Positions 10,605-21,042 of a stretch of DNA of 64,000 bases are shown in pieces. The DNA lies in the NCBI GenBank assembly GCA_963804995.1, contig CAWDSK010000003.1:224001-288000 (forward strand), written 5' to 3'. How positions within the stretch are numbered: position 1 is the stretch's first letter; each line of letters begins with the position of its first letter. The position numbers and the translations under genes are program-made. Source of the stretch: an uncultured Acidobacteriota bacterium. Its GTDB lineage: Bacteria > Acidobacteriota > Terriglobia > UBA7540. The notes beneath the pieces are model-generated. The model did not search any database and was not told the origin of the DNA. It worked only from the letters and a program-made list of their open reading frames with translations.

Positions 10605-11580
10605 TCAACCCAGAGCGGGCCCAACCCGCCGTGGGGGCTTCGGAACAGCAACCCGCCGGACGAGGCGGACGAAACAGCTCGATCCCCCGCGAAAGATTCG
10701 CCCAACCTCCTGGCGGTACCTCGCAGTTGCGGACTGATCGACCGGGTAAATCCCGGTTTTGCGGATGTGAAAGCGACTGCGGTCGATATCCGCATCCGGA
10801 AGAAAAAAGAACCGCCGCTTCATCAGCACGGTGTGGACATACATGACCTCGGCGCCATCACTCGCGCGGTTGATTCTGCCGTGGTCGTAAATGAGAGTTT
10901 CACCCCATTCGAGGTTTTCGCACGCCATGTCCTGGAAGGAGCACCGCAACACCCCATCGCGCTCGAGTCGCTTCACCACATGCGTGAAACTATCCACATC
11001 GCCCTTGAGGGCGAGGACATCTGCCCCGCCTGAAACAGCTTTGTAGAGATGCGCTCCCAGTTCATCAAAGAGCTGGTTGGCGGGAGTCGTAAACACCCGC
11101 TCCCAATCCGCACTCTTCAGAAACGCGGAGTTAACCTCAGAGCAGTTCCTTAGAACACAAAGGGATCCCGAAATCCATCCCTTTCGGCAACTAATAATGT
11201 CGTGACCGTCCAGGAGCGGCCCTAGAAATCGAGCCACATCGCCATAGATCACATCGAGGTCGCCAAATGCCCAGAATGCATAGTCACTAAGATACTCGTG
11301 GAAAATCACCCCGTAGGCAGGCCTGAAATCGCACAGTTTGAAGGCCGCGGGTACCTGAATCGGGATACCCAAAGTGCGGGAGGCAAGCTCACTGAACCCC
11401 GCAAGTGTGAAAGCATGTACTTTCACATTGGGGGGGAGAGGAACCGCAGGGGAGCTCATCCGTGAAGAGCAATACATCAAGATCGTAAGCATGCCCGACG
11501 GATTCGAAGTAAAAGGTTGCAATGTCCGGCAGGCTCCCAAAATAGGGCATCAGCATGGCGATCTTAGTGGGGCTTTGCAT
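10605..11580 (-). CDS. DUF6625-like putative glycosyltransferase, frameshift at ~11450
   Basis: N-terminal MPYFGSLP (ORF 11389..11610) joins KLCDFRPAYG...WAFGDLDVIYG (ORF 10605..11540). The 3' end may also be frameshifted. Confidence 0.7.
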
Positions 11581-11683
11581 CTTTATGTTTGCAACCCTGG
11601 GAGCTGCCACCGTCGGCGCTCCCTTCGGTTCATTCCGGAATCATTCTACTTCATCAAGGAGGGCAGCCGTCCCGGCCTGGGGG

Positions 11684-11768
11684 TAGTGGGTCAATTTGAT
11701 GTAGAGGCGGCTTTACGCCGCCATTTGGCGAGGTAAACTCGCCGCTACGCCATCAAATTGACCCACTA
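11684..11768. repeat. Miniature inverted-repeat cassette with an inner GTAG REP pair
   Basis: Perfect 18-bp TIR TAGTGGGTCAATTTGATG / CATCAAATTGACCCACTA around GTAGAGGCGG...CCGCTAC. Confidence 0.8.
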
Positions 11769-11798
11769 CTGGTCTGGGACTGAACGGCTCCCCAGCCT

Positions 11799-13103
11799 TC
11801 AAGCGATCTCCACGGGGGCGCCCAAGGCTTTCTGGTAAATCTTCAGGAGGCGGTCCCCGAGCTTGTCCCAGTCATAGACCTCTTCCGCACGCCGTCGCGC
11901 CGCTTGACCCATTTTCGCGCAGAGTTCACGATCTTTATACAATCGTTCCAGAGCTTGGGCCATAAGTTCGATGGACTCATCCGGCGAGCGGGCCGGAATC
12001 CTGATGCCGCATTCATCCGTAACGTGAGTGGCGGGGCCAGCCAGGTCCATGCAGATCACAGCAATCCCCGCGGCCATGGCTTCCACCACCACGGCGCCTC
12101 CACCGTCGCGAAGGCTGGGGAACAGGAACACATCGCAGCGGGGCATCAGGCCCAGCAGTTCCTGGCGGGGCATCCATTTCTCCAGATGGACTTGTCTTTC
12201 AAGGGCCAGATCGCGAACCAAACCCTCCAGGCGGGGGCGCTCGGGACCATCACCCACAAGGGTGAATTTCACGTCCGCGTGATGCTTGGCAAACAACGCG
12301 AACGCCCGGATGGCCAAGGAGTACCCCTTAAGACCAAGCAGCTTTCCTGCCGAGAGCACCTGGAAAGGCCGGGTGGGCACGCTGTTGCCCTCCGATACTG
12401 CAACTCCCCCTCCCAGCCTGTTCCCGGCAAAGACCTCCAAGTCCTCCTTGGAGATGCCGTTGACGGGGAACAATTGGACTTTATCTCTCCAGCGAGCGGG
12501 AACCGCATTAACCGCTTCCCGATTGCAAAGTAGGATCCCCCGCGCGCGCCCCTGACCCCGCATGAAAAAGGGATCGTGCCGCAACACCCACTGTCCGAAA
12601 CTGCGGAAGCGCTCCCAAAGACGGGCGCTGGACGAGTATTCCTGCAAGAAGGCGTCCGGCGTCCGATGCGCCCCACCGCCCGGTCCGCGTAAATAAGGAA
12701 CGGGCAGAAGCGCGCCGAGGAAGCTTGCCATCCAGTCATTCGCGTAAGTCACATGATGAAAGGCGTTAAAATTGATCTGGCGGTGAAGCCTGCGTCCCAG
12801 GAAATAGGCGCGCAACTGCCACAGATAGGCGTAGAACTGAATTCCACCTTGCACGGACTTCAAGCGTTCGAGCCATCCCGGAAGGCTAAAGTAGCAGAAA
12901 TGCAGATGGCTTGATCCCTCTGGTTGCGCCCCCTGTTCTATGGCCTGCCGGCTCCGGGAATGGGTGAGAACCCAGACATCGTGAAACCGCCCCAACTGCT
13001 GAACAACATTCCATCCCAAAATCAGCTCCCCGCCCCCAAACTGCTCGGAGGCCCCTCCGGGCGCACAAGCAAACGCTGAAACCAGGACGCGGAATCTCGC
13101 CAT
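11799..13103 (-). CDS. Glycosyltransferase family 4
   Basis: VLVSAFACAPG..SE N-terminus; FLFPSLRDGGGAVVVEAMAAG. Confidence 0.9.
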   Translation of the reverse strand: MARFRVLVSAFACAPGGASEQFGGGELILGWNVVQQLGRFHDVWVLTHSRSRQAIEQGAQPEGSSHLHFCYFSLPGWLERLKSVQGGIQFYAYLWQLRAYFLGRRLHRQINFNAFHHVTYANDWMASFLGALLPVPYLRGPGGGAHRTPDAFLQEYSSSARLWERFRSFGQWVLRHDPFFMRGQGRARGILLCNREAVNAVPARWRDKVQLFPVNGISKEDLEVFAGNRLGGGVAVSEGNSVPTRPFQVLSAGKLLGLKGYSLAIRAFALFAKHHADVKFTLVGDGPERPRLEGLVRDLALERQVHLEKWMPRQELLGLMPRCDVFLFPSLRDGGGAVVVEAMAAGIAVICMDLAGPATHVTDECGIRIPARSPDESIELMAQALERLYKDRELCAKMGQAARRRAEEVYDWDKLGDRLLKIYQKALGAPVEIA

Positions 13104-13218
13104 AAGAGTATCTTGTGTATTATCCCACGGGTTTGAGCCCGCGTGGAGAGGTTGAGAGAAAAGCGACAAGATTAGCGCTGACTCACCGCAGGGGCGCCGC
13201 ATGGAGCGCGACAGCTCC

Positions 13219-14049
13219 TCAAGATTTATAGGCCACAAGATGGTACGTCGTTTCAGAGGGATGCTGCTCCATGCGGTCGTATCCCAGCGACGTCAACAAC
13301 ACCTGAATGTCGCCCGGTTTCACTTCCGGGGGCAGAAACTGCGGGTGAACCTCACAGCAGACCATTCGGCAACGCGGATCGGCGAGGGTCTGGCGAAGAC
13401 CTCTCATCACAGCATATTCAAAACCCTCCACATCGATCTTGACGGCACAGGGCGCCGGCAATCCCTGGGCTTCGACAAACGGGTCGCCCTGCACAACCTC
13501 AACAATCTGGAAAGGTACAGCATCCTTGTCTGCAGCCCCCTCGATAGCGCCCGCCAGCAGGCTGAAATTAGCGATGACGTTACCAATGTAGAGCTTCTCC
13601 TGGGAATTGCGCTCGCCCACGGCTTTTTGGAACGGGCGGACGTTGGCGAGATTGTTCAACTTGATATTCTCCAGGAGCTGCCCAAAGGTCCCCGGGTGGG
13701 GTTCAAACGCCACCACCATCCCTTTTTCTCCCACTGCCTTGGCGAGCAATACCGTGTAGACGCCCACATTGCTCCCAACGTCGTAAACGGTGTCTCCTGG
13801 TTTAAGCGAGTTCACCATGAGGTCAAGGGTGGGCTCCAAGCTGCCCGCCTCCACGGCGCGTAACTGTTCGGGAGTGCGGGTGATGAAATCAGCGGAGACG
13901 CTCCCCTTTTCCACCCGCAGGACGCCCTTACGTGACAGGACCAGATAGTGGTAAACCTTCCTCCCCGGAGTGCGCAGGCCAAGACCTCTGATGGCGCGGA
14001 TGAACCAGGGATTGTAAGACAGTCTGCGAATAATTCCGGGTAACGCCAT
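13219..14049 (-). CDS. FkbM family methyltransferase
   Basis: YDVGSNVG, AFEP, KIDVEGFE. Confidence 0.9.
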   Translation of the reverse strand: MALPGIIRRLSYNPWFIRAIRGLGLRTPGRKVYHYLVLSRKGVLRVEKGSVSADFITRTPEQLRAVEAGSLEPTLDLMVNSLKPGDTVYDVGSNVGVYTVLLAKAVGEKGMVVAFEPHPGTFGQLLENIKLNNLANVRPFQKAVGERNSQEKLYIGNVIANFSLLAGAIEGAADKDAVPFQIVEVVQGDPFVEAQGLPAPCAVKIDVEGFEYAVMRGLRQTLADPRCRMVCCEVHPQFLPPEVKPGDIQVLLTSLGYDRMEQHPSETTYHLVAYKS

Positions 14050-14104
14050 ACCTTCATCCTTGGCGACGCCCACTGGCAGTCGCACGAAAGTTTTTTCCAC
14101 ACCC

Positions 14105-15025
14105 CTAGACGGGCCTTAAGCCGTCTTGAGCCACCAGCACCAGACCCGCCAGGTTCCCCGCAACCCGCCTGAAGCTTGAGGCGTCAAGCGTCCTAACGCC
14201 CTCGACCAGGGTAAGTAGCGTGCGCACGAGGAGCCTAAAGCAGCATTGCGGACGCGAGAACTCCCGATGTTTATTGACAATGTAGAGTCGATTGATGACT
14301 TCCTTCTTGCCAAATAGATACCAATCCGGACGTCCAACTTTGGATGGGTAGTGATAGAAGCGCGCCTCAGCAACCACCGCCAGCCTGTACTTCTTCCTGA
14401 TTCGGTAACTGAATTCCAAATCCTCCAAATAGCTATATCCCGCGAAGAACTCATCAAATGAGTAAATTTCAAGAAGGTGCTTCCGATACGTCACGCAGTA
14501 GGTGGGAATCCAGTCGACGTAAGTAGTTTCTGAAATATGGCGGAGGGGGACCTGAAAGCCGGAACGCAGCACGGCTCCCTTTTTAGTTCCGTAAAACCCC
14601 AAGCTGGAGGCCAGCTTCGACCTCTTGAGCCAGGAAGCAAAGTCCGGCGGGTCGTTCAAAACGTTCAGACTCACTCCCCCCACGTCCTCGGGCGCATTCC
14701 CCCAAAACCGCAGCGTGGCCTCGAGCGCTTGAGGTTCCAGGACGATATCGTCGTCCATGAATCCAATCAAGTCGATCTTCGGCCCTACAAATTGCATGCC
14801 GCAGTTTCTTTTTGCCGAAGCCGACCCACGCGGGAAGGTGGTCACCAGGATGTTCAACTGAGGGAACTCCCGTGCCAGTGTGTTGCCCTCCCCCGCCTCA
14901 TCCACGAGAACCACTTGATCCGGCAAGCAGGTCTGCGTGGCCAGGCTCTGGAGCATCTTGCGAAGCTCCTCGCAACGGCCGACGGTGGGAATGATTACAG
15001 CCAGCTTGTTTACGAAACCAGGCAT
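14105..15025 (-). CDS. Glycosyltransferase family 2
   Basis: VIIPT.GR, FMDDD, FDE.F.GYSYLED. Confidence 0.9.
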   Translation of the reverse strand: MPGFVNKLAVIIPTVGRCEELRKMLQSLATQTCLPDQVVLVDEAGEGNTLAREFPQLNILVTTFPRGSASAKRNCGMQFVGPKIDLIGFMDDDIVLEPQALEATLRFWGNAPEDVGGVSLNVLNDPPDFASWLKRSKLASSLGFYGTKKGAVLRSGFQVPLRHISETTYVDWIPTYCVTYRKHLLEIYSFDEFFAGYSYLEDLEFSYRIRKKYRLAVVAEARFYHYPSKVGRPDWYLFGKKEVINRLYIVNKHREFSRPQCCFRLLVRTLLTLVEGVRTLDASSFRRVAGNLAGLVLVAQDGLRPV

Positions 15026-15169
15026 TGCGAGGTCTCTTCTAACTCCTTACGCCCTCCTGGGAGCGGCAGTGGTTTATAGCCATGCTGGCGGATAAGCTAT
15101 GGCCATGCAATCTGCGATAGAACCGCTGAGGGCGTCACTCCAGGATTCAGGAATTTCCGGTCGCCTTCC

Positions 15170-15395
15170 TAGCCTCCTGAGTCAGAAGTTCGCTGACAAA
15201 GTCTCACTGGGTTCAAAGGCGACCCCCTCACCCGTCCCGCCCCGGCTGATGAAAACGCCGGCGGCGGTCCACCCTCTCCCCCAAGGGGGCGAGGGCAGTA
15301 AATTCAAATGAACTCCCCCCTCGGTCGCCGCGGCGACAGAGGGGCCGGGGGAGGGGGTTCTCCAATAATCAGCGAACTTCTGACTCGGGACACTA
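15170..15395. repeat. Miniature inverted-repeat cassette with an inner CCCTCTCCC-family palindrome
   Basis: 27-bp imperfect TIR TAGcctCCtGAGTCAGAAGTTCGCTGA / TCAGCGAACTTCTGACTCGGGACACTA. Confidence 0.8.
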
Positions 15396-16451
15396 ACTAT
15401 CAGCTACTTTCCACTTCCCTTCTACTCCCCTGAAACCGTCAAGCACCCCGCAGGCGATGCCGCGAGCGACATCTGGCCTGCCACGACTCAGGACCTTGAC
15501 AATCCGGCCAAAACACACCGGCAAGTTGAATAGGTGAAATAATACCCACCAATGAAGGGGCAGGAAATCACCGGCCAGTTCGATGCGGTTGCGCGTCGCG
15601 TAGTAATAACGGTGCGGGTTGAGCGGAGAACGCGCGATGCGGTCACTCTTATGCCGCACAGAACCCTTTCGGGTTACAAAACTGCGATACCCTGCCAAGC
15701 TGCTCCGGTAGCAGAACTCGAACTCCCAGCCGTCCCAAAATAGACCCGCCGCCAGGTAGCGGCCCGTGGCAAGATGCACGGTTTCAAGCGCGTCCCGGCG
15801 CATGAGCATCGAGGGACCGCTCACCCCCGCGGAAGGCCAGTAGTCGACGTCTTCTGGCGGCAGGGGCAAGTCCCCCCTGACCAACGGGCTAAAGAACCAC
15901 CGAAGCAGCGTCTTTCTTTCGGCATACTGGAGTTCCCCGGTTTCCGCGTCTACAACTGTTCCCCCGATGATGCCCGCATTTTCTTTGTGGTCAAGTTCCA
16001 CCACATTGGTAAGGGTATCCTTCTCAATCTTGGCATCATTATCCAACAAGAAGACGTAGTCCGCGGGCTGTGTCCTCCGCAAGGCATAATCGATGCCGAG
16101 ATTGATACCCCCAGGGTGTCCGTAATTGGCGGAGGTCTTGATCAGCACGGCCCTTTTCGCGGGCAGTGCGGCAGCGAGAGACTGCTCCTGGACAGCCTCT
16201 CCCCCCGCTCGAGCGACTGCTTCTGTGTACTCAACCAGCAGGTAGCCCTCGCTCTTTTGCGCCCATTCCTTCAGGCGCAAAGCGGAATCATCCTGAGAAC
16301 CATTATCAACGACAATCAACAGGTAGTCCGGGTAATCGAGATGGCGCACGGATTCCATGCACTCAACCGTGTCGCGCCACCCGTTCCAGTTCACGGTGAC
16401 GATGGCGACCCTGCGGTTCTGGCCTGACGGTCCTGAAGTTTCTGTAACCAC
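15393..16451 (-). CDS. Glycosyltransferase family 2
   Basis: NWNGW..T.EC, VVDNGS, FLLDND. GTG start chosen after a GAGGAGA RBS. Confidence 0.88.
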   Translation of the reverse strand: MVTETSGPSGQNRRVAIVTVNWNGWRDTVECMESVRHLDYPDYLLIVVDNGSQDDSALRLKEWAQKSEGYLLVEYTEAVARAGGEAVQEQSLAAALPAKRAVLIKTSANYGHPGGINLGIDYALRRTQPADYVFLLDNDAKIEKDTLTNVVELDHKENAGIIGGTVVDAETGELQYAERKTLLRWFFSPLVRGDLPLPPEDVDYWPSAGVSGPSMLMRRDALETVHLATGRYLAAGLFWDGWEFEFCYRSSLAGYRSFVTRKGSVRHKSDRIARSPLNPHRYYYATRNRIELAGDFLPLHWWVLFHLFNLPVCFGRIVKVLSRGRPDVARGIACGVLDGFRGVEGKWKVADS

Positions 16452-16625
16452 AGTATTTTCTCCTCGGAACACTTGCCGAAGAACTTCAATGAGCGCACCG
16501 GGCGCGACGATGTCGAGACCCAATCTCCATTTTGGTCTTTGGTTGCCAATTCCCCCCGGCCAAAAGGACGTGGGACAGGAACAACGGTGATTTCGTCCTC
16601 GTCTTAGGCGTTTGTAAATTCCCTT

Positions 16626-17606
16626 TCACCCCTGTGAGGCATCCTTGCGTGCGACCATATGTATCTGTTCTCCTCGCTCCCTCAGGACCATGTCTGTGAA
16701 TCCTAAGGATTTCACTTCGTCGATGATGAGCTGGGGAGTTGTCCCGCCGGGAAGAAAGGCGGGATGGATCTCACAGCAAAGTAGTCTGCAAGACGCATTT
16801 CTCAAAGTCCGGGTCAACCCGCGTATGACATGAAATTCATATCCTTCTACATCGATTTTGACCGCTTGGGGAATGGGCAGACCCTCGCGATCCATCACCT
16901 GATCCCCCACCTCGACGCTTACTGATTCCAGACCGGATGCGGCACTGGGCGCCGCTGTCGAAACGGTTTCCTGATCTTGCGACAAAGCATGCAGCAGCGA
17001 AGGGCAGGTTCCATCGTTCCATGAGAGGCGGCCTGCTCTATGATCATCACCCAGCGCCGTCCTCAAAATACGCACGTTCGAGAATCCGTTCAATCTCAGG
17101 TTCGCCTCAAGTTGCGCGCAGGCGCTGGTTTCAGGCTCCACGGCTACGACAAGACCGCCGCTCCCAACCACCTTTGCCATGGGAACACTGAACTGCCCAA
17201 GGTTGCTTCCCACATCGAGAAATACGTCTCCTTCCGCAAGCGACGACAACAGCGCATCAAGAAAATCCCTCTCGTAGCTCACGAAATACTGTTCGATCAC
17301 CCTGTATTCCAAGGCGGAACGAACGTGGAAGAGGACGTGGAGTCTTCCCAGGTCCACCCTCAGGATTCTGTGCTTCCCTCCTGTCACCCACGGATAACAC
17401 TTTCGCAGTATATTCGTAAGGTGAAGGCGTCGGGCTACAGCCAGAAAGCGCGGGTTGTAACTGAACTCCTTGAGAATTCGCATGGGGTTAACCAAAGCGG
17501 TCGAAAACCACGATTTTCTCGCGTTTGCTTCCATGGTATCCCTTCCGTACAGCCGTGCAATGACACTCCTCATGGCCCATGCCTCCCCCCGTTGGGTCGG
17601 CGACAT
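16626..17606 (-). CDS. FkbM family methyltransferase (start uncertain)
   Basis: FLDVGSNLG, AVEP, KIDVEGYE. Confidence 0.88.
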   Translation of the reverse strand: MSPTQRGEAWAMRSVIARLYGRDTMEANARKSWFSTALVNPMRILKEFSYNPRFLAVARRLHLTNILRKCYPWVTGGKHRILRVDLGRLHVLFHVRSALEYRVIEQYFVSYERDFLDALLSSLAEGDVFLDVGSNLGQFSVPMAKVVGSGGLVVAVEPETSACAQLEANLRLNGFSNVRILRTALGDDHRAGRLSWNDGTCPSLLHALSQDQETVSTAAPSAASGLESVSVEVGDQVMDREGLPIPQAVKIDVEGYEFHVIRGLTRTLRNASCRLLCCEIHPAFLPGGTTPQLIIDEVKSLGFTDMVLRERGEQIHMVARKDASQG

Positions 17607-17664
17607 CGGTCCAAGTCGCTTTATGACGCGCGCTGAGCCAGCATGAGCAGGACCAGGTTAAGCA

Positions 17665-18756
17665 TTAATCCCCGAGGGCCCTTTGTGCCTCCCGGTCGTG
17701 GCATCCCCATTTTCCACCGATTCCCCGGTAGCCATCCACAAAGCCGCGACAGACTGCCCACGCACTGCCAGGGCGCCCCCGCCACAGACTCCTTACCACG
17801 CGTCCCAAGCAGGAAGGTATGTTCATGAGGTAGAAGACCATGCGAAGATGCCAAGGCAACAGATGCTGAGCCAGGCGGATTCGATTGCGGGCGCAGTAGT
17901 AGTTCCAGAGCGGGCCGTACACTCCCCCGGTCCCGCTGGCAGCCCGATGATAAATGGCCGCGCCTTTCACCATCACGCTCTTATAGCCATGCTTCCGGGC
18001 CTGCCCGCAGAAGTCAACCTCCTCCAGGTACATGAACATCGCGTCGTCAAGGTAATAGCCGGCGGATTTGTGCACAGCTTCCAGCACATTTCTGTGCATC
18101 ATCATGGCCGCCCCATCGACCCAAAAAGTCATCTTGAGTCCATCCTCGGCCGGCGGCGCGCCCCGGAACAATTTCATGAGAAACGGAAAGAACTGCCCCA
18201 GCAGGGGAAAGGGGCCAATCGGATCAGGGCCTTCCCACAGCACGCGGCCACTTCCCGGCTCCCGGGTTATTGCCCCCACGATGCCGGCGCCCGCCTTTCG
18301 ATCTGCCTCGACAAGCTGGTTCAAGCAGGCCCGGTCAATTGTCGTATCGTTGTTAAGCAGAAACACGTAGTCAGCAGGTTGTGGGCGCCCAAGGGCATAC
18401 TGGATCGTCACATTGTTCCCCCCGGTAAATCCCAGGTTTTCCCCGTTGCGGATCAGGACCAACCGGTCTTTCGAGGCCACAGTATCCAGTGCTGTTTCTT
18501 GAGATTGCACACCGCCTTGGAGCGCCATCTCAGTAGTGTACTCGGCAAAGCCCTGCTGATCCGGCAGGGTTTCCCTGACCCAGGCGCGGAGCCTTTCCAC
18601 CGAGCCGTCAGCAGAGCCATTATCGGCAACCACGGTCAAGTAATTCGAATAATCGAGCTGCCGAATGGACTCCAGGCACTCCAGCGTCGCCTGCCAGCCA
18701 TTCCAGTTCAGGATGCTGATGACAACGCTGGGCTGGGTTTGAGATGCATCAATCAT
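17665..18756 (-). CDS. Glycosyltransferase family 2
   Basis: LNWNGW, ADNGS, NLGFTGGNN, LLNND, FMYLEEVD. Confidence 0.9.
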   Translation of the reverse strand: MIDASQTQPSVVISILNWNGWQATLECLESIRQLDYSNYLTVVADNGSADGSVERLRAWVRETLPDQQGFAEYTTEMALQGGVQSQETALDTVASKDRLVLIRNGENLGFTGGNNVTIQYALGRPQPADYVFLLNNDTTIDRACLNQLVEADRKAGAGIVGAITREPGSGRVLWEGPDPIGPFPLLGQFFPFLMKLFRGAPPAEDGLKMTFWVDGAAMMMHRNVLEAVHKSAGYYLDDAMFMYLEEVDFCGQARKHGYKSVMVKGAAIYHRAASGTGGVYGPLWNYYCARNRIRLAQHLLPWHLRMVFYLMNIPSCLGRVVRSLWRGRPGSAWAVCRGFVDGYRGIGGKWGCHDREAQRALGD

Positions 18757-18780
18757 GGGCCGCTACCCGACGGTTGGGCA

Positions 18781-19881
18781 TTACCCTCCAACTCTCGCGG
18801 AGACTTGCCCCTGGATGAATCGCTCCAATTGATTCGTGCTCCGCTCCCAAGTGAATTGCCGTATCCCCCGATTCCCTGCCTCGGCGAGCCTCACGCGCAA
18901 CGCATCGTCATCCAGGACGCGCATCAGGTTGCGGGCCAGCGCTTCCGGGTCGCGTGGCGGCGACAAGAGCGCCGTGACCTCGTGCTCCGCGAACTCACGA
19001 ATGCCGCCGCAGTCGGTGGAGACGACGGCGCACCCACAGGCCATCGCCTCGGCGGGTGGAAGGGAGAAACCCTCAGCCCAACTGGCACAAAGATAGATGC
19101 TGCTCCCATTGTAAATCCGGTTGACGAGTTCTTTTTGGGGAGGATCCCTGAAGTATTCAACCCACTCCGGGATGGATTCCGAGCGTTGCGGCGCGCCGAA
19201 GAGTGTAACACGGAGATCCGGGTGCTGTTTCTTGACGATGCCTAAAGCCTGCAAGCCGTCCGGGCCACCCTTCTCCTGCATCGAGTGAAATAGCATGGCG
19301 ACTCCCTTGGGGCGGGTGGCAATGGGATCGAGGAGCCGATACTTCTCATGGTCGATACCGTTGGGGATGTACTCCATGTCCTCACAACCCAACTCGCGTC
19401 CGGTCTCATACAGCCATTGCGCAATAACCACCTTATACATGGGCGCGCGCCAAGTCGCGTCCACTCGATCCTTGGGACCAGCCCATGTTTCATAACCCTG
19501 AATTAAGTAAAGTTTTACCCCCTTACATTCAGGGTATCCGAGAACATATTCCGCCGTCGGCCAGGCTGTCGCAAAAACCACTTCACCGTCCGGTATCTTG
19601 GAGGCCTCCAGATCCGCGACATACATCATTCGGACCCTTCTATCGACATATTGCCAGTGAAGGCTGGGTTGAGAGACCAAATCGCGGAGTTTCGCCCCTT
19701 TCCTCCGCAGCCTCCGGTACAGGTTCTCAGCCGGAGGTGGCGGCACATTGCCAAGCTGACGCGGATGCACAATCGCCACTTCATGTCCTTTGGCGACAAG
19801 CCCATTCGCATACTCGTATACGACCCGAAAACCCCCAATGGGCACCCAGGGGTAAAGGGGTAAGAGAAACGTGATTCTCAT
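18781..19881 (-). CDS. Glycosyltransferase family 4
   Basis: MRITFLLP...GGFRVVYEYAN, EGFSLPPAEAMACG; ATGA overlap with the upstream gene. Confidence 0.9.
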   Translation of the reverse strand: MRITFLLPLYPWVPIGGFRVVYEYANGLVAKGHEVAIVHPRQLGNVPPPPAENLYRRLRRKGAKLRDLVSQPSLHWQYVDRRVRMMYVADLEASKIPDGEVVFATAWPTAEYVLGYPECKGVKLYLIQGYETWAGPKDRVDATWRAPMYKVVIAQWLYETGRELGCEDMEYIPNGIDHEKYRLLDPIATRPKGVAMLFHSMQEKGGPDGLQALGIVKKQHPDLRVTLFGAPQRSESIPEWVEYFRDPPQKELVNRIYNGSSIYLCASWAEGFSLPPAEAMACGCAVVSTDCGGIREFAEHEVTALLSPPRDPEALARNLMRVLDDDALRVRLAEAGNRGIRQFTWERSTNQLERFIQGQVSARVGG

Positions 19882-20912
19882 TCCTGGCTTTTTCCTCGCG
19901 CCAATTGTCTCCGGGCGGCCGCCTGGGCCCGGCGCATCACACCCCGGGTCAGGCGGACGGGCACGAACCACAAAAGTTCCACGATCACGCGGGGAGAAGC
20001 GCAACATTTCAAGGCCTCCCTCGCTTGCCGGAACGCCGTCCTGAACTCCGCCTGGCCCAGCGCCGCGCAGGAGATGCGCAGGGCGCGGAGCGACACACCT
20101 TCTCTGGCCTTTCCGCTTATGAAGGCCGCCCGGTCAGGGGGCAGCAGCGGACGAACTATAGCGATGCAGCGCTGTTCATCGACGATGGTTTCAGCCGACC
20201 TTATCAAATTGGTTGTCCAGGAATTGTCATGAACCCCAAACCCCGCCAGGGTGGTTGGTTCGTACCAGATGGGGTAGTGGGCGGCAATCCTCATCCACAT
20301 TTCCCAATCCAACGCGAACGTGAGGTCCGTCCGGAACGCCCCCAGTTGCTCGTACACGCTCCGTCTGACCACCATGGCGGCACACGCAATTCTATGGGAG
20401 ACGCCGATTCGCTCAATGAAGCCAGGCAAGATACCCGCCGTCGGGCTCTCAATCTCAGAGGTGTAAAGCTGACGCTCGTTGTTGTCAATGCAGGCATATC
20501 GGCAAAACGCCGCCCCCACCTCGTCCCTTCCCTCCAGTGCCGCCTTGAGACTCGCGTAGAAACCCGGAAACACCACGTTGTCATCGTGCAGAATGTGTAC
20601 CCACTCGCCCCGCGAGCGCTCGATGCAGCTATTCCAGTTAGCCACCCCGCCCAGGTTGCGCGCTTGGCGAAAAAACTCAACGCGCCCGCCCCCCACCCGC
20701 CGCACCAGCGACTCCGGATCACCTAAGGTGGAAGCGTTGTCCAGCACTTCAATTTGCATCGTCGCAGCGCCCGGATCCTGCGCCAGCACACTCTTCAAGG
20801 TCCTTTCAAGATAGGCCAATCGATTGTAGGTGGGGATCATTACAGACCAAAACGGCCTCGGTCCCATTCTGGCCGGGGGAGCGATCTTTGGAGGGGGAGG
20901 ATATGCCAACAT
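19878..20912 (-). CDS. Glycosyltransferase family 2 (start uncertain)
   Basis: SVMIPTYNR, LDNAS, NWNSCI, LHDD, DWEMWMR. Confidence 0.88.
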   Translation of the reverse strand: MLAYPPPPKIAPPARMGPRPFWSVMIPTYNRLAYLERTLKSVLAQDPGAATMQIEVLDNASTLGDPESLVRRVGGGRVEFFRQARNLGGVANWNSCIERSRGEWVHILHDDNVVFPGFYASLKAALEGRDEVGAAFCRYACIDNNERQLYTSEIESPTAGILPGFIERIGVSHRIACAAMVVRRSVYEQLGAFRTDLTFALDWEMWMRIAAHYPIWYEPTTLAGFGVHDNSWTTNLIRSAETIVDEQRCIAIVRPLLPPDRAAFISGKAREGVSLRALRISCAALGQAEFRTAFRQAREALKCCASPRVIVELLWFVPVRLTRGVMRRAQAAARRQLARGKSQE

Positions 20913-21042
20913 GAGACTCGATCCATCTAGATTGCTGTCTTGCTCTGGCGAAACAGCGACATTGGGCGGCTTGGGTCTTCTGCCACGGTCCGTGCGACCT
21001 TCCCATCGGATTGAAGCCAATGGGCGCCGGCTTTGCGGCCAC

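Noticed and set aside
15241..15262. Hammerhead ribozyme core (CTGATGA...GAAA)
   Set aside because: CTGATGA runs straight into AAAC within a single hairpin loop; there is no stem II or three-way junction.
17683..19245. Long antisense ORFs (also 7692..8927, 42487..43800, 52619..54331, 53742..55028)
   Set aside because: Shadows of well-supported genes in GC-rich DNA, with no recognisable motifs.
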